A stretch of 64,000 bases of DNA from Klebsormidium nitens (Eukaryota > Plantae > Klebsormidiophyceae). The stretch's first letter is position 1. The number at the start of each line of letters is the position of its first letter. The stretch spans positions 70,066 through 134,065 of the forward strand of contig DF237179.1 of the NCBI GenBank assembly GCA_000708835.1. The letters are read 5' to 3'. The translations under genes were made by a program, and so were the position numbers. Shown piece by piece: positions 1-11,606 of the stretch. Below the pieces are notes generated by a model. The model saw only the letters and a program-made list of their open reading frames with translations. It ran no database searches and was not told where the DNA came from.

Positions 1-194
1 CTGTAATGTTGGGCCCCCTCACACTGAAGTATGGGGGCAACAGGGCCCCCCATCGTTGCTCTTCGGAGGCCCATCGGGCCCCCTCGACTCAAGCATTGGG
101 GGCCCGTTGGGCCCCCAAGCCCCTCCTATTGGGGGACGATATCGGCCATTGGGGGCGATAATGGCTGGTGGCGGGCCCCCAGTGGAAACACTGC
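1..194. mobile_element. Possible DNA-transposon end with GGGCCCCC/TTGGGGG subterminal repeats
   Basis: About 9 GGGCCCCC/TTGGGGG motifs in 190 bp, ending in cagtggaaacactg (reverse complement CAGTGTTTCCACTG, resembling hAT-like termini). The other end is not in the window. A GC-rich promoter is an alternative reading. Confidence 0.35.
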
Positions 195-1156
195 CTACGA
201 TACTTACCGTACGCGCGTGTAGGTATAAGCATGTTCATAAACCGACATTTCTGCCTCCTATGACCCCGATCACGTCCCGCAGATGCTAAACTTCTGATGC
301 AATATCGGAACTTTCAAAACCAGAGGGGCCTGAGTTGCAAAAGCTGCAGCTGTGATCAGACCTGTTCAGCAGAACATACAGCAAAATGCTGTGGAGCAGC
401 AGGAAGCCATATTGATCTGATGCCTGTTTCAGCTGGGAATTTCTATCCATGAGGCAAAAGGTAGGAATGTACTAGTAGCCCTTTTCCTTGACACATGGAG
501 TGCACATTCTACTGCAGCCCCGCTGTTTTGCAAAAAGAGCTGAGTCGGCGGTTTTCGCAGGATCAGAATTGTTCAGGATGTTTGCTTAGCCCCAAAGCTG
601 CACCACCCTTGCATCAGCATGGCACCTCTTTTCTCAGACACAAGTTACACAGAAAGCCCTGCTTCAGATTAGTGGGGACTTGTCAGCTCACAGCAAATGG
701 CCAAGGCGCCAGTGAGCAAGTGGAGACACGAGGTCTGGAGCAAGAAGCACAGAAGGTGAGAGATCATTCCAACTCTTCCACCAGTGTTCTGTCGCATTTG
801 CTCATCTTGCGATCAGCTTCAGCAGTGTTTGCTTGCTTTTGTTGGTTTAAAGTTCTGTCTCTGAGTCTTGGGTTCCCCCCTACCAGATTGTTTTCCAAAA
901 AAAACTCACCTTGCTGTCTGTCTCTAACATATATTTTCGCATTCTTTCCACGTTCCTTGCACTCAAGCAGGGCTTCATGGTCAGAAAGGGCTTCAAGCAT
1001 AAGGATGTGCAAAACGGGCATGATTAATCTTACATCACTGTTGTTGACGCTCACAACTCCGTCATGCTTACTGGCTTTTGAGGCTTCTTCAAGCCAATGG
1101 TCTCTAGTCCCCATTCTCTCAGAACAACCTTCCAATATCTCACTTGCTTCTTGCAG

Positions 1157-4100
1157 TATGAAAGTCCCTCCTTCCTTCCAAGCCGCCAGCAGCTCAACAT
1201 GCCCCCCCGTGACGAGCGGGTTTCTTACACCCGCATCCAGGGGCTCAGCACGTTCCCCCCCGAACGGCTCTACGACAAAGTCGTGATGGTCCGCTGTGAC
1301 TGGAACGTAGAGATAGGCGTCCATGAGGTCAAAGGAAAGGTGTTCCGAGATGATACACGAATGAAAGCTTCGGTGCCAACTCTTCAGTACTTAGCGGGGG
1401 CCGGGGCACGGGTGGTTGTTGTTAGCGAGTATGGGACTCCGAGCAAGGGGCAAAGGATGCAGCATTCTTTGAAAGTGCTGGCAGGTGAGGCTTTCCAAGA
1501 CGTGTTGTAAGAAAACCAGAGGCGGTTCACTTGCATCAACAATTCAACCAAGCTTCTAGTCATTCATCAAAGAGCTTTGTGAACCTGGTGGGGGGAATAG
1601 TGCCAGCTGGATTCATATTGTCCATAGAAAAAGCTGGGGCCTGTGTCAAAGTCGCAAGCCATCTAGGGCCACATTTAAAAAAGCCGATCATCCACCTTTG
1701 AATAAAGTAGCGGCGTCTTAGTGGCGGTCAGCAACCTTTCTCTCATGAGTGCCCTTGCAGCGCAAGGTGCACGGCATCGGATGCTAAGTATTGAGCTGTC
1801 CCATCTTGCCTTCTGCTTTAGCTGACTTCATGTCGACTTTGCCACCTGCGCTACTGAACAGCACGTGTCAATTCACCAGCAAAGGACAGATCTGCCAATG
1901 GTGGCCAGTTTGTGGCTGCCCGATCGAGTCGCTCTGAAGGTGCTACTGGATTCAGCTGTGATCAGCCACATCTTGTGCATCAGTGTCAATTGTCACACAG
2001 TTCGTACTGCTGTTTTTCAGAGAGACTGGCGTCGGATCTCGGCCAAGAGGTTATGATGGCTGGCGACTGCATCGGCGCTGGGGTCGAGCGGGATATTGAC
2101 GCGCTCCGGCCTGGACAGATCTTGGTCCTGGAGAACGTGCGCTTCTATAAGGTACGATTCGACGAAATGCTGGTGGTGTATGCCATGTTTGCATTACAGT
2201 TCAAAGCCACTGCGTAAAACAGGTCTTAGATACGTCTTTTTGAAGAGTCGCTGGCATCGGTGTACAAAGTGGTCCTCCCTAAGTTGTCTGGTTGGTTCTT
2301 ACCTACAAATGATTCGTCTAAAATGTCTTAACTTTTGATTTTACGCCCCAATGCTGGGGGGAGGAGATAGGCATGTATTTATCGGGCTTTGATCTATCAT
2401 GTCCTGCGAGAGCTATGCTGAGCGCACCTCACTTCTGCCTGGAACGTTGTCGTTCCGCTCTGGCGGGGCAGAGTGGGTCAGACGATCAGAACCAGAAGCT
2501 GCTTTACTCTTACCCCAAATAGAGAGCGCGGAGAGAGGATTCAAGCGACCCCATTGCCTCTCGTTTACAGTTCTCACTTCCACGCGCTTGCCCATCTGAC
2601 TTCTCTCCTTCTTACAGGAATAGAAGGCCAACGTTCTGGTCTTCTCTCAGAACCCACGTTAGAACAAAGGCCAATCGTCGTGCCCCTATTTCTTTCTTTA
2701 GCCACCTTCGGCGTTTCTTGTTAACTCTCACTAAACCAGTTTGGCAGGTTATAAAGGTCATCAAGCCTTTCGCTCCAGTTCTCATTTCTAAGCTTGCCCA
2801 TCCCACCTCTCCGTCTTACAGGAGGAGAAGGCCAACGATCTCGTCTTCGCTCAAAAGCTCGCCTTTCGAGTCGACGTCTTCGTAAACGACGCCCTGGGGC
2901 CTTGTAGCCAGGCGACCGCCTCTGTTTCTGGGGTTCCCGTCTTCGTGGGGCGGAGAATTGCGGGTCTCCAGCTCGAGAAGGAGCTTCGCTACTTGAACTC
3001 ACTGACGTCCTCCGCAGCAAGGCCCCTGCTTGCGATCGTAAGTGACAACGTTCGTTGCATGGTGTCTTTCGTTCGCCGCATTGTAAACTGCCTCAATCTT
3101 TCCAGTTCTTGCACACGTTGATTCCGTTGATTCCACCGATCGGGCGGCAGAATCCTGAGAAACATGCTATTGATCATGCGAAGTTGACGTTGGAGACTTT
3201 GCAACATGGTTGCGCTCTCCTCGTTTTTTGCAATGTCGCAGTGCGTGTTCTCTGACCTTGAAACAAAAAGCGCCTGAGCGAATGACGGCTCGAATTACTC
3301 GCAAAGACCGCTCTGCTCTGCTTGATATGGTAGCACTGGTGTTTCGCTTCAAGTAAGGGTATCCAACGGTTCAAGTGATGCAAAACCTTCCCGTGAATGC
3401 TGTTGAATGACAGAAAGCTCAAACCTTTAAAAGTGAATCAGAAGATTGACGTCGGACAGATAACCTACACCTCTCGTCTCATCCAGGTTGGTGGAGGCAA
3501 GCTGTCGACCCGGTTCCCTCTTCTCAAGTCCCTCATCGCCCACCAAAAGTGCGACGCCATACTCCTTGGCTCCGCTCTTTCAGCTCCGTTCCTTCGGGCC
3601 CTGGGCTGGAGGACGGGCGGAACCCCAACGGAAGCGGGCTCAACGGAAAGGGCGACGGAGCTGCTCGAGTTGGCAGAGAAAGAAGGGGTGGAGCTTGTTT
3701 TTCCCGACGACGTGGTTTGCGGCGAGGCGCAGGTGCATAGCGCCAAAGTGAAAATATGCACTGCGCGGCACGTTCTGCACGGTGAGGGCTATGCGTTGTT
3801 TGCGCATCTCTCGTGCTTGTTGTGCAATTCCTGTTTTGTCCTTTCCTCTTTAATTTCGTGCACCTTTCTTCTGAATCATCCCGAATAGCTGGTGCTGAGT
3901 GAGCGATCGGTGGCACAGTATAAAAGCGGGGTCTGCTTGTCCGTCCATTACAGCGTTTGTATTCCCGTGAAAGACGAACGTTTGGTATCGTGCTGTCTTG
4001 GCCGTAAATGATCAGCAGGGCCTTTGAACAAAGCAAGATGGCATAGTGTTGATGTGGAGAGAACTCGCCCATTAGTTGCATATTTCGCAACAGGCGCTCA

Positions 4101-7100
4101 CGCCGCTACTTTCTCTCTCGATCAAGCGTATCGGAAGCTGAGCTTTGGTGTCGAAGCTGGAACGGCGACCTCGAGCTGAACAAATGCAGCAACGCGTCGC
4201 CCTCTCAGCTCCCACTGTCGCGAAACCGTTCTCGTGCTCCCCACTTGACGGAGATTTTTGTTTTGCCAGCGCAGAGTGGTCAGCTATGGACATCGGCCCT
4301 CAGACGATCGACCATTATGCGCGACGTCTACGAAAAGCGAAAGTAAGCGCTGATCAAGTGAAAGCTCAATGTTATTCTCGAGAATCTGGTCGTAGTACCT
4401 GCAATCTGCTCAATGATTTTCCTCGTCCTGCGGATCCCTGCTTCTCTGGAGCCTTGAGGGCCCTTTGCACTCGCGTCTTCAAGGTATAACTCCGCAAATT
4501 CGGGCTCGTAGAGTTACCACACTCGAAGATTCCCCGCTGCTTACCTCTAAGGTTTCTTCTGGTTCAGAAAGTTCTCTTTCTTAGGGCTTCAGGGTTCTCT
4601 GCGAAGGATTTATCGTGCTGCTCTCCCGCTTTTCTTTCGGCGTCGCTGTCTTATTGTCGCTCGTGTTCAACCGTACCCCTCATTCCGTTCCTAGTCATTC
4701 CGCTCTGCTTTCTCCAGACCGTCTTGTGGGTGGGCGCCGTCGGCTTCTCCGACCGGAAGTCGTTCGCCAACGGAACGCTGTCGCTGGCAGAAATCGTCTC
4801 GGACCTAACTTGGGCGGGGACATGCACCAGCATCGTGCACGGAAAAGACGTCGAAAAGGCGCTCAAGTCTGTGCGCGGGAAAGTCTCGCACGTGGCCCTG
4901 GGGGGGTCTGCTACGGTGACTCTACTGACGGGGGGAGCGCTTCCTGGATTAGCAGCACTGGACGAGGTGAGGTGCCGGCTGCTTTTGAAAGTCTCAACCT
5001 GGAGCATTGTGTTCGAAGCGTTTCTGTAGAGGCCGAGCTTTTCTAACCTGTCAAATGCTTCACGGTTCCTTCTCTTTGCCTTGCGCAACCAGTGGCATCC
5101 GCACAAGGGCACGGCGGAGGACACTGTCGGCACTGGCAAGGGAGGACACACTCCGCCGACGCAGAGAGAATGAAGCTGTTTTACTCGCCTCAGGCAGTGC
5201 TGTCGATTCCGCGCGACTCAACTACTCCCAACTGAAGCGGTCTGACTTCGGCAACAATCTAAGCTGGCCGCGTTTCTAAAGCCAACTTTCGGTAACATTC
5301 CGAGCTGGCCGCATTTTAAAAGCCAACTTCTGGTGCCTCAGTGGGTCTCATTTAGTTTCACATATTTCGTGGAATAGGATAAGAGTGACGTCATTTTGAG
5401 GGACGCGCTCGACGCCTGACGTCAGACTTGTCATGCAGGAGCCCACGGGCCCACCAGACTGGACAAGCGTCTTCAGGGATCCGACGGCCTCGTTGACCGT
5501 CGACGTTGGCTGTGGTAAGACAACACTTTTGAGGCTCGGCCTTATGCTTCTTGACCCCAGAGGCGTCTCCTTTCTGTTCAGTGCAGTGCGATTTTCCCGC
5601 AATGATGCTGACCCGCGATGAGCATCGTTAAACCTTGAAGGCTCATTCCAGGGTTCTTACGAGATTCGTCTTAACCTTCAGCACTCTTGAAAGAGCGGCT
5701 TCTGGACGTCTCAGAACAGCGGTTGTTTCGTGAGATTACCCGTCAAGGCTGTAACCCTATCAAGGTCTTCATTTCCATACGAGGACCCAAGAATGTCGAC
5801 CTTCTTTCCCCAACCAGCTGTTCGGTAGGAATGAGTAAGGTTGACTCCGTGCTCTAAACGACTATCTGCCATCGTGCTTGGCTTTCCCTCGAGTTCCCAA
5901 TGTTTCTTTCCACGGCTCTCCCAAGTCAATTCTCCTGTTTACTTCTTGTATCGCGTTGGTTCTTCAGGAGACGGCGGCTTCTTGCTGGAGCTGTCCGGCA
6001 AAGGGTCCGGAAACTTTCTCGGACTGGACCTCTTCGGACACCTGGTGGACGCCGCAAACGCGCGTGCGCAACGTGAGGGCCGGCAGAACCTGTAAGCGCT
6101 CAGTTCCTCCAAGCAAGTACATTCTAAACCAAGAAGGGACTTGTCCGGCATAGACTTTGTACAATTCCTTGGAGTTTCCCTCTTTGAACACCTGGCAGAC
6201 GCCGCAAATGGGCGCGCGCAACGTGGGGGCGGCAGAATTCGTGAGCACCAGAACCCCTTCAATCGAATGAATCTAAAACCAGAAAAGGAGGTGTCGTTAG
6301 AGAGTTCGGACCTCTTTGGACACCTGGTAAACGCTACGAGTGCGCGCAACGTGAGGGCCGGCAGAACCTGTGAGCACTCGCCCTTGCAACTGTCCTTTCG
6401 AGGTAAAGCGGGTGGTAGGGGTGGATCGGGTGCCTTGCTTCAGACTCAGACACGTCAGAAAAACACTTCGGAGAGCCGCAGGAATGTTTGATTGATTAGA
6501 GGGGAGTCTGTCAATAAGACCCGCTGTGGCGAATCTGGAGTTCCAGTGTATTCTGTCATTGTGGTTTTGTTTTATATAGATCGTCAGAGAAATGCACGCA
6601 TGATATGCTTCGCACTTAAATAAAGTTAGTGTAGCATTCTTTGGTCCCCTTGGCATCAATCTATCTTTTGGGACCTCAGCCTTCTCGACTCTTATGGACA
6701 TCTGTGCGCTCAACGTGCTTCGCTTCTTCCGTCCGGCCCAGTTCACACCCGCACAGCACAACGAGAACGCGCTCATGACCAGCACACGACTCTCAATCGT
6801 GACGTCACCGCGGGCCGATACCAACTGTCGTTGCTGACGTCATCACAGGTACTACGTGGCAGCCAACGCGACGACATCCCTGGGACCCATGCTGAGCACG
6901 TATCCCGGCGCCTTACAGCTGGTGACGATCCAATGTCCCACGCCCCAGTTCGAGGCACGTGGCCTCGGACGATTGGTTCTGCGGCAGCCCCTGGTGGAGG
7001 CGATTACTGAAAAATTGGTTACGGGGGGACGGGTGAGTCCTCTTGTCACGTGCAATGGTTGTCTTACCCGCTTCTTTATCGTGTCCATAACGACTCTGAA

Positions 7101-7461
7101 TGTCTTAACATAAAGAAAGTTTCCTCGATCTGCAGTCCTCTTCTCATGCGCAAGCTTTAACGATCTGGTTTCAGCGGGTATGAGCACCCAATGTGCAACA
7201 ATAGTATAATGTGTCCAATCATCCTTGTTGCAGTTATTCGTCCAGTCCGACGTCAACGACGTTGCAAGCAGCATGCTAGAAGAGATCCAGAAGCACGGCA
7301 GGGGACGCCTTGTTAATGATGAGGGTTTTCAGGGGCCTGGAAGCAGTCCGTTGACTCTATCCTCGTGGAAGATCAACCCGTTCGGTATACCCACTCAATG
7401 GGAGACGCACGCCTTGTCCAAAGGACGCGACATGTTTCGTCTAATGTATCGGAAACATTGA
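1157..7461 (+). CDS. Phosphoglycerate-kinase-like domain fused to a TrmB-like tRNA (guanine-N7) methyltransferase domain; 5' end uncertain
   Basis: Phase-compatible exons 1157-1484, 2021-2151, 2822-3037, 3487-3781, 4275-4342, 4718-4966 (PGK: VRCDWNV, LENVRF, VNDALG, VGGGK, MDIGP, LPGLAALDE) then 5439-5514, 5968-6091, 6849-7032, 7234-7461 (TrmB: DWTSVFRDP, DVGCGDG, LGLD, AANA, CPTPQF, VQSD, NPFGIPT). A GT donor, not a stop, follows LAALDE. Start is either ATG 1199 or an upstream exon. Confidence 0.85.
2568..2652 (+). repeat. Decayed intronic copy of the acceptor and start of the PGK exon at 2822
   Basis: cttgcccatctgacttctctccttcttacag|gaatagaaggccaacgttctggtcttc versus cttgcccatcccacctctccgtcttacag|gaggagaaggccaacgatctcgtcttc. 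The copy keeps AG but has an in-frame TAG. Confidence 0.85.
5990..6382 (+). repeat. Three ~150-bp tandem units spanning a TrmB exon end and donor
   Basis: ggacacctggtggacgccgcaaacgcgcgtgcgcaacgtgagggccggcagaacct|gtaag recurs in diverged form at ~6185-6250 and ~6315-6380. Confidence 0.9.
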
Positions 7462-8241
7462 CATTGACGTTGACTGTATGAAGGGATGTTTTTGCTCTCA
7501 CTTCTCGATAACGAGACTCGTCAGGTGCTCCTTAAGTACAGACGGTCCTTCCAACAGTTGCTCATCTGCTAACTGAATTGACTTTGATCGAAGTTATTCC
7601 TGCCATGTCAAAGAAGACTCGGATGATGCCGCTTCAATCCCTTGCAGCCCAGGGGGTAGTCACGATATAGTCCGCCCATAAGCCTCTACAACAATAGCAT
7701 GATACGATGTTCACTCGCACTCAAGTTACAACTCGCATTGTAATTGGAATCCACCATCATTGGTGATTTCAGTCAAGACTCCCAACCGCCCGCGCCCGGC
7801 AGACGCGCGGCCGCGGTGCGTGCCCGGTCCATTACGGAGGACGCGCACCGCGAGCTACAGACATCCGCGCGACATGTATATACTATATCCAACTGCCCAT
7901 CATGGCATCAAAGAAGGGGAAGCGAACACCTCAATTCAAGATACGTGATGAGAAGAAGTCGAAATTGAACGGATCCTGCAAAGCACACGAGCTGCGTTGC
8001 TCAATACGACGGACTGTTATGCTCCCATATGAGTCCGATCAATTCTTGAGATGCATGAGGTACTCAATAAACGTGCCACTATATGAACGTACTTTGCAGG
8101 CCAGAACTCATATGCATGATCGATATAGGTCCGTCGCTCGATGGTTACACCGTCTTCACCAACCTATAGCCGGTACATTCGTACACCACTGAGTCGAAAT
8201 TGCTCTGCACAAGAACCTCGTAGCCAGTTTGGGATAGGAGT

Positions 8242-11200
8242 CTAAGTCACCACCGGATAGGAGCACTTGGCTAGATCGAAGATGCGCTTGAGCAAATGAC
8301 CGGGCAGACTCGGAAGCGCGTTCGCGCTGAGGCAACCGAGAATCAGTAACTGCCTCTCCTCGACAGCCGCTCGCACAGCCGCGTCATAGTCCGTCAGCGC
8401 GCCGTCAACGGCCCCCACATCGAACGGCTGGCATTTAGTCTTCCGATCGTGCTCCGCCCTCATGCCCGCTTCCACCACCTCTCTGGGCACCCGGAAATCA
8501 TCCGATGAATCGTAGTTCTCTTTCAAGTTGCACCGTGTTTCGAAGTCGGCCCCGTGCAAGACCAGCAGGCGGACGTTCTCAAACCGACGCCGATACGCCG
8601 CCACGTGTAATGGCGTCATCTCTTGGGTACGCTGGAAAACCTCCCGCTTCCGCCCGTCCCAGGTGGGTTGTCTTTTCACGTGCACGCTCGCGCCGTGCTT
8701 CAACAGGAGCGCCAGAATCGCCGGGTCGTCGTGCGTCGCGGCTAGCATGATGGGCCAGGACGAATCGACGGGATACCGTTCGTAATCCCCCGAGAACTCG
8801 TGACAATTCGGATCCGCCCCAATTTTAAGCAGCCACGCAGTCAAGAGGCGGTTCTCGTTGCAGACGGCGACCGTGAGGGGGGTGCTTTCTGTTTGTTCGC
8901 CGCGCCCTTCTATGAATCTGTTGAGATGGTCTGGCGTGGTCCCAGCTGTCTCGAGACGTTCCAAAATCCGGAGCGTCGCTGGGTGGGAAGGGTCGAGGTA
9001 GGGCAGGAAATGGAACACGCTTGCACTGTCGAAAGGTTCGTTGTACCAGCAGGGCTGCAGTTTGAGGCATAGAGACGTCAGAGTTCTTCGCCCAAAGGCG
9101 TTTCCGTTGATGCGCTGAGAGAACATGAGATTTCTGAAGCGAACAGGCAAGCCGCAAAAGAGCATTTAAAGGTCTTCATAACGCTCAATTAGAAGCGCAT
9201 TCCCATTGATGTGCTGAGAGAACAGAACGAGCTTTCCAAACCGAAAAGGCAAAACGCAATAGAGCATTGAAAGAGCTCAATGGAAGCCTTATTTAATGGT
9301 GATCTTGGGCTCAGGAGCGTTATGTTTGATGCGCCGACGTTACCAATTGTGCTTTCCAAACCACAAATGCAAGACGAAATATGGAGCAATTGAAATAGCA
9401 CCATGAAAGCTTCGCTTGATGGTAATAGAGGACTCACTGGGGAGCAATCATGATCAAAGACGATGCTCAGAGAACCGGGCGAGCTACTGAATGTGCCGAA
9501 TACTGGAGTCTAGATGTCTCTACTCACCGTCCCCCCCCTTCAAACTTTTAACCCCGTCTGTCGCCAGCTCAAAGCACTGTTTTCAGTCGCACCCCGCTCT
9601 TCGAGAAACAGCACAGCATTGCTTTCTGAAAGGCATCAATATTTGGCAGGGAAGGTCGTTGTTTGGGGCCCAGACGAACCTGCTTGGAGTACTGCGCCTC
9701 CAGCTGCCACGTGTCCCCCTGCAATTGGCCTCCGAGCCAGTCCAGCATGTCGTACGACTGGCACCAGGCTGCCAGCATGAGCGGCGTCCGGCCGAAGTTA
9801 TCCTTCATCGTCAGCTGCGCGCGCGCGAGCGTTTTTGCGAGCGCCACGTCATCGCTGGCAGCGGCTCCTAGCATGTTCGGGACCTCGCCCTTGCTGGCGT
9901 CTTGCTTCACAACGGACCCGTTAGAGCTAAGAGCCTCCCCGTGTCCTCCTCGTCTTCGCCTGCGAGAAGGCGTGCATTGAAGTGAGAAAATTGATGCTCG
10001 AAATACATGCTCAGAAGAGCAGTTCAACCAAGGAAAGTGCTCGGGGGGAACCACTGGTTAACACCCGCTCGCACCGCTTTGCAACGGACCCTTTTCAAGA
10101 ATTACGAACCTCCTCGTGTCTTCCTCGTTCTCGCTTGCGAGAAGGCGTGCATGGATGCGGAGTTGGGGTCAGAAGAACGGAGCGGATTGCGCAGCTCTAG
10201 TTGGGCACAAGACATACTTCTCGAAGTATGTGTCTAAAAGAGCAGTTCAACTAAAACCAGGGCTCGGTTGCACGAAAAATCTCAAAAACAAACCAATGGT
10301 TGACAATCGCTCCGTACCCGCACCCTAACTCCAAAACTGGAAAGCATCCTCCGGGAGCTTTACCTGAGTCAACATCAAAACAAGACTTACGTACGAGGCC
10401 TAATTGCGCCCAATTTGCTTCATAGAACAAGAGCTCTGAAATCATTAACACGCGCTTGTCGATGTGGTATGGAATCACAACGAGCACAAAGATCAGAGAT
10501 GATTGGATGAAGTTGCTGGAAAAACCTGCTTCCAATAAGAAGCATGCCTGCTCGGTCCTCACCTTGATACCACACCTCCGCTTCCAGTCTCAATCCCCAA
10601 CGCTTCAAGATGTTTTCAGCAATCCAGTTGATCCAAAACGCGTAGTCCCGGAATTCCTCGTTCCGGTCCCACTCGATTCCGGCGGCGTCCACGCTAGGCA
10701 CCCACTGGCAATTCGACACGTGGCGGAACGGCTCGGCCATGTCCCAGTTGTCGTGTGCCATTCCGGCGGTGCTTTTCCATGGGTAAATAACGTTGAGCTT
10801 CCGTGTTCGCACGAAAGTTTCCTGCAGGGAAGAGAGACGACAGTGAGCAATCCCTTGCTGAAATTCTAGGCGCCAATCCGGTGGAAGAAGTTTGTTACAA
10901 ATTACTGTGGCGTCGCTCTGCCTCCTGAATAGTTGGAGGCTCAGGTTTTGCTGACCTGAGTGGGACTCAAACCTCTGCTAAACAAAATTACGACTCTCTG
11001 AAAAGCTAGTGTCCCTATCAACGTCAGCGCAGAAACATTTCCAGATTTTCAGGTTTTAGCATGGTTTAAGACATCTTTTCTAATTTGGAGCAAAAGAAGC
11101 CTTGTGATGATGATGTGATACCAGAACATAATCAAGGCATCAGCTCTTCCATTTTTGTTACGTTCTTGCCGGAAAGAAGAATTGTCCTTCTCGGAAGTAA

Positions 11201-11606
11201 GCTTCCCAGAAAAGCAATCATCGACGCTGCTTTGCAAGCTCAAAAGCGTCCCGATGACAGCAGATACATAACAAGAAAAGGCGAGCGCACTGTGATATTT
11301 CTGAATCAGCAACTTGTTTCACTGAAACTTGAGAAGTGCGCGTTAAAGGCTGTTTGCAATTTGGTTCACCTGAAGCTCGGTAGGCAAAGCAAGAAACTCC
11401 GCTGAGCTGACAAAGAACGCCCCTTCAGGACCGAGGGGAAGGCCAACACGGTCCCGAACTGGATCTGTGCATCTTTCCACGCGCATTCCTGTGCGTTTGT
11501 ACCGACGGACTTTCCAAAACAGCAGCATGGACAGATACTGATCCTTGTTGAGCTGTCGACCCTCAGCAAATCTGAAAGTTCCCTGAAGATACGTGTTGTA
11601 GCCCAT
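8242..11606 (-). CDS. Phage/protist-type uncharacterised domain + ankyrin repeats + C-terminal F-box-like motif; one junction ambiguous
   Basis: Exons 11606-11370 (MGYNTYLQGTF...GLPLGPEGAFFV), 10821-10563 or -10526 (CQWVPSVDAAGIEWD...WYQ), 9959-9680 (DNFGRTPLMLAAW), 9114-8242 (TPLTVAV, PIMLAA, TPLHVAA ankyrins; tail LPGHLLKRIFDL). Junctions 11370/10821 and 9680/9114 are phase 0. Confidence 0.65.
9905..10270 (-). repeat. Tandem duplication of acceptor and exon start in the ankyrin gene
   Basis: atgcacgccttctcgcag|gcgaagacgaggaggacacggggagg (9959) versus atgcacgccttctcgcaa gcgagaacgaggaagacacgaggagg (~10140, AG lost). The agagcagttcaac flank is also repeated at ~10017 and ~10238. Confidence 0.85.

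Noticed and set aside
8242-9165. Stand-alone intronless 307-aa ankyrin ORF
   Set aside because: A good acceptor at 9115 links it in phase to the upstream ankyrin exon, so it is more likely the last exon of the 11606 gene.
10395-10435. Small cassette exon ELLFYEANWAQLGLV in the ankyrin gene
   Set aside because: It has plausible AG/GT sites but interrupts the QGED motif and does not fix the frame; unsupported without transcripts.
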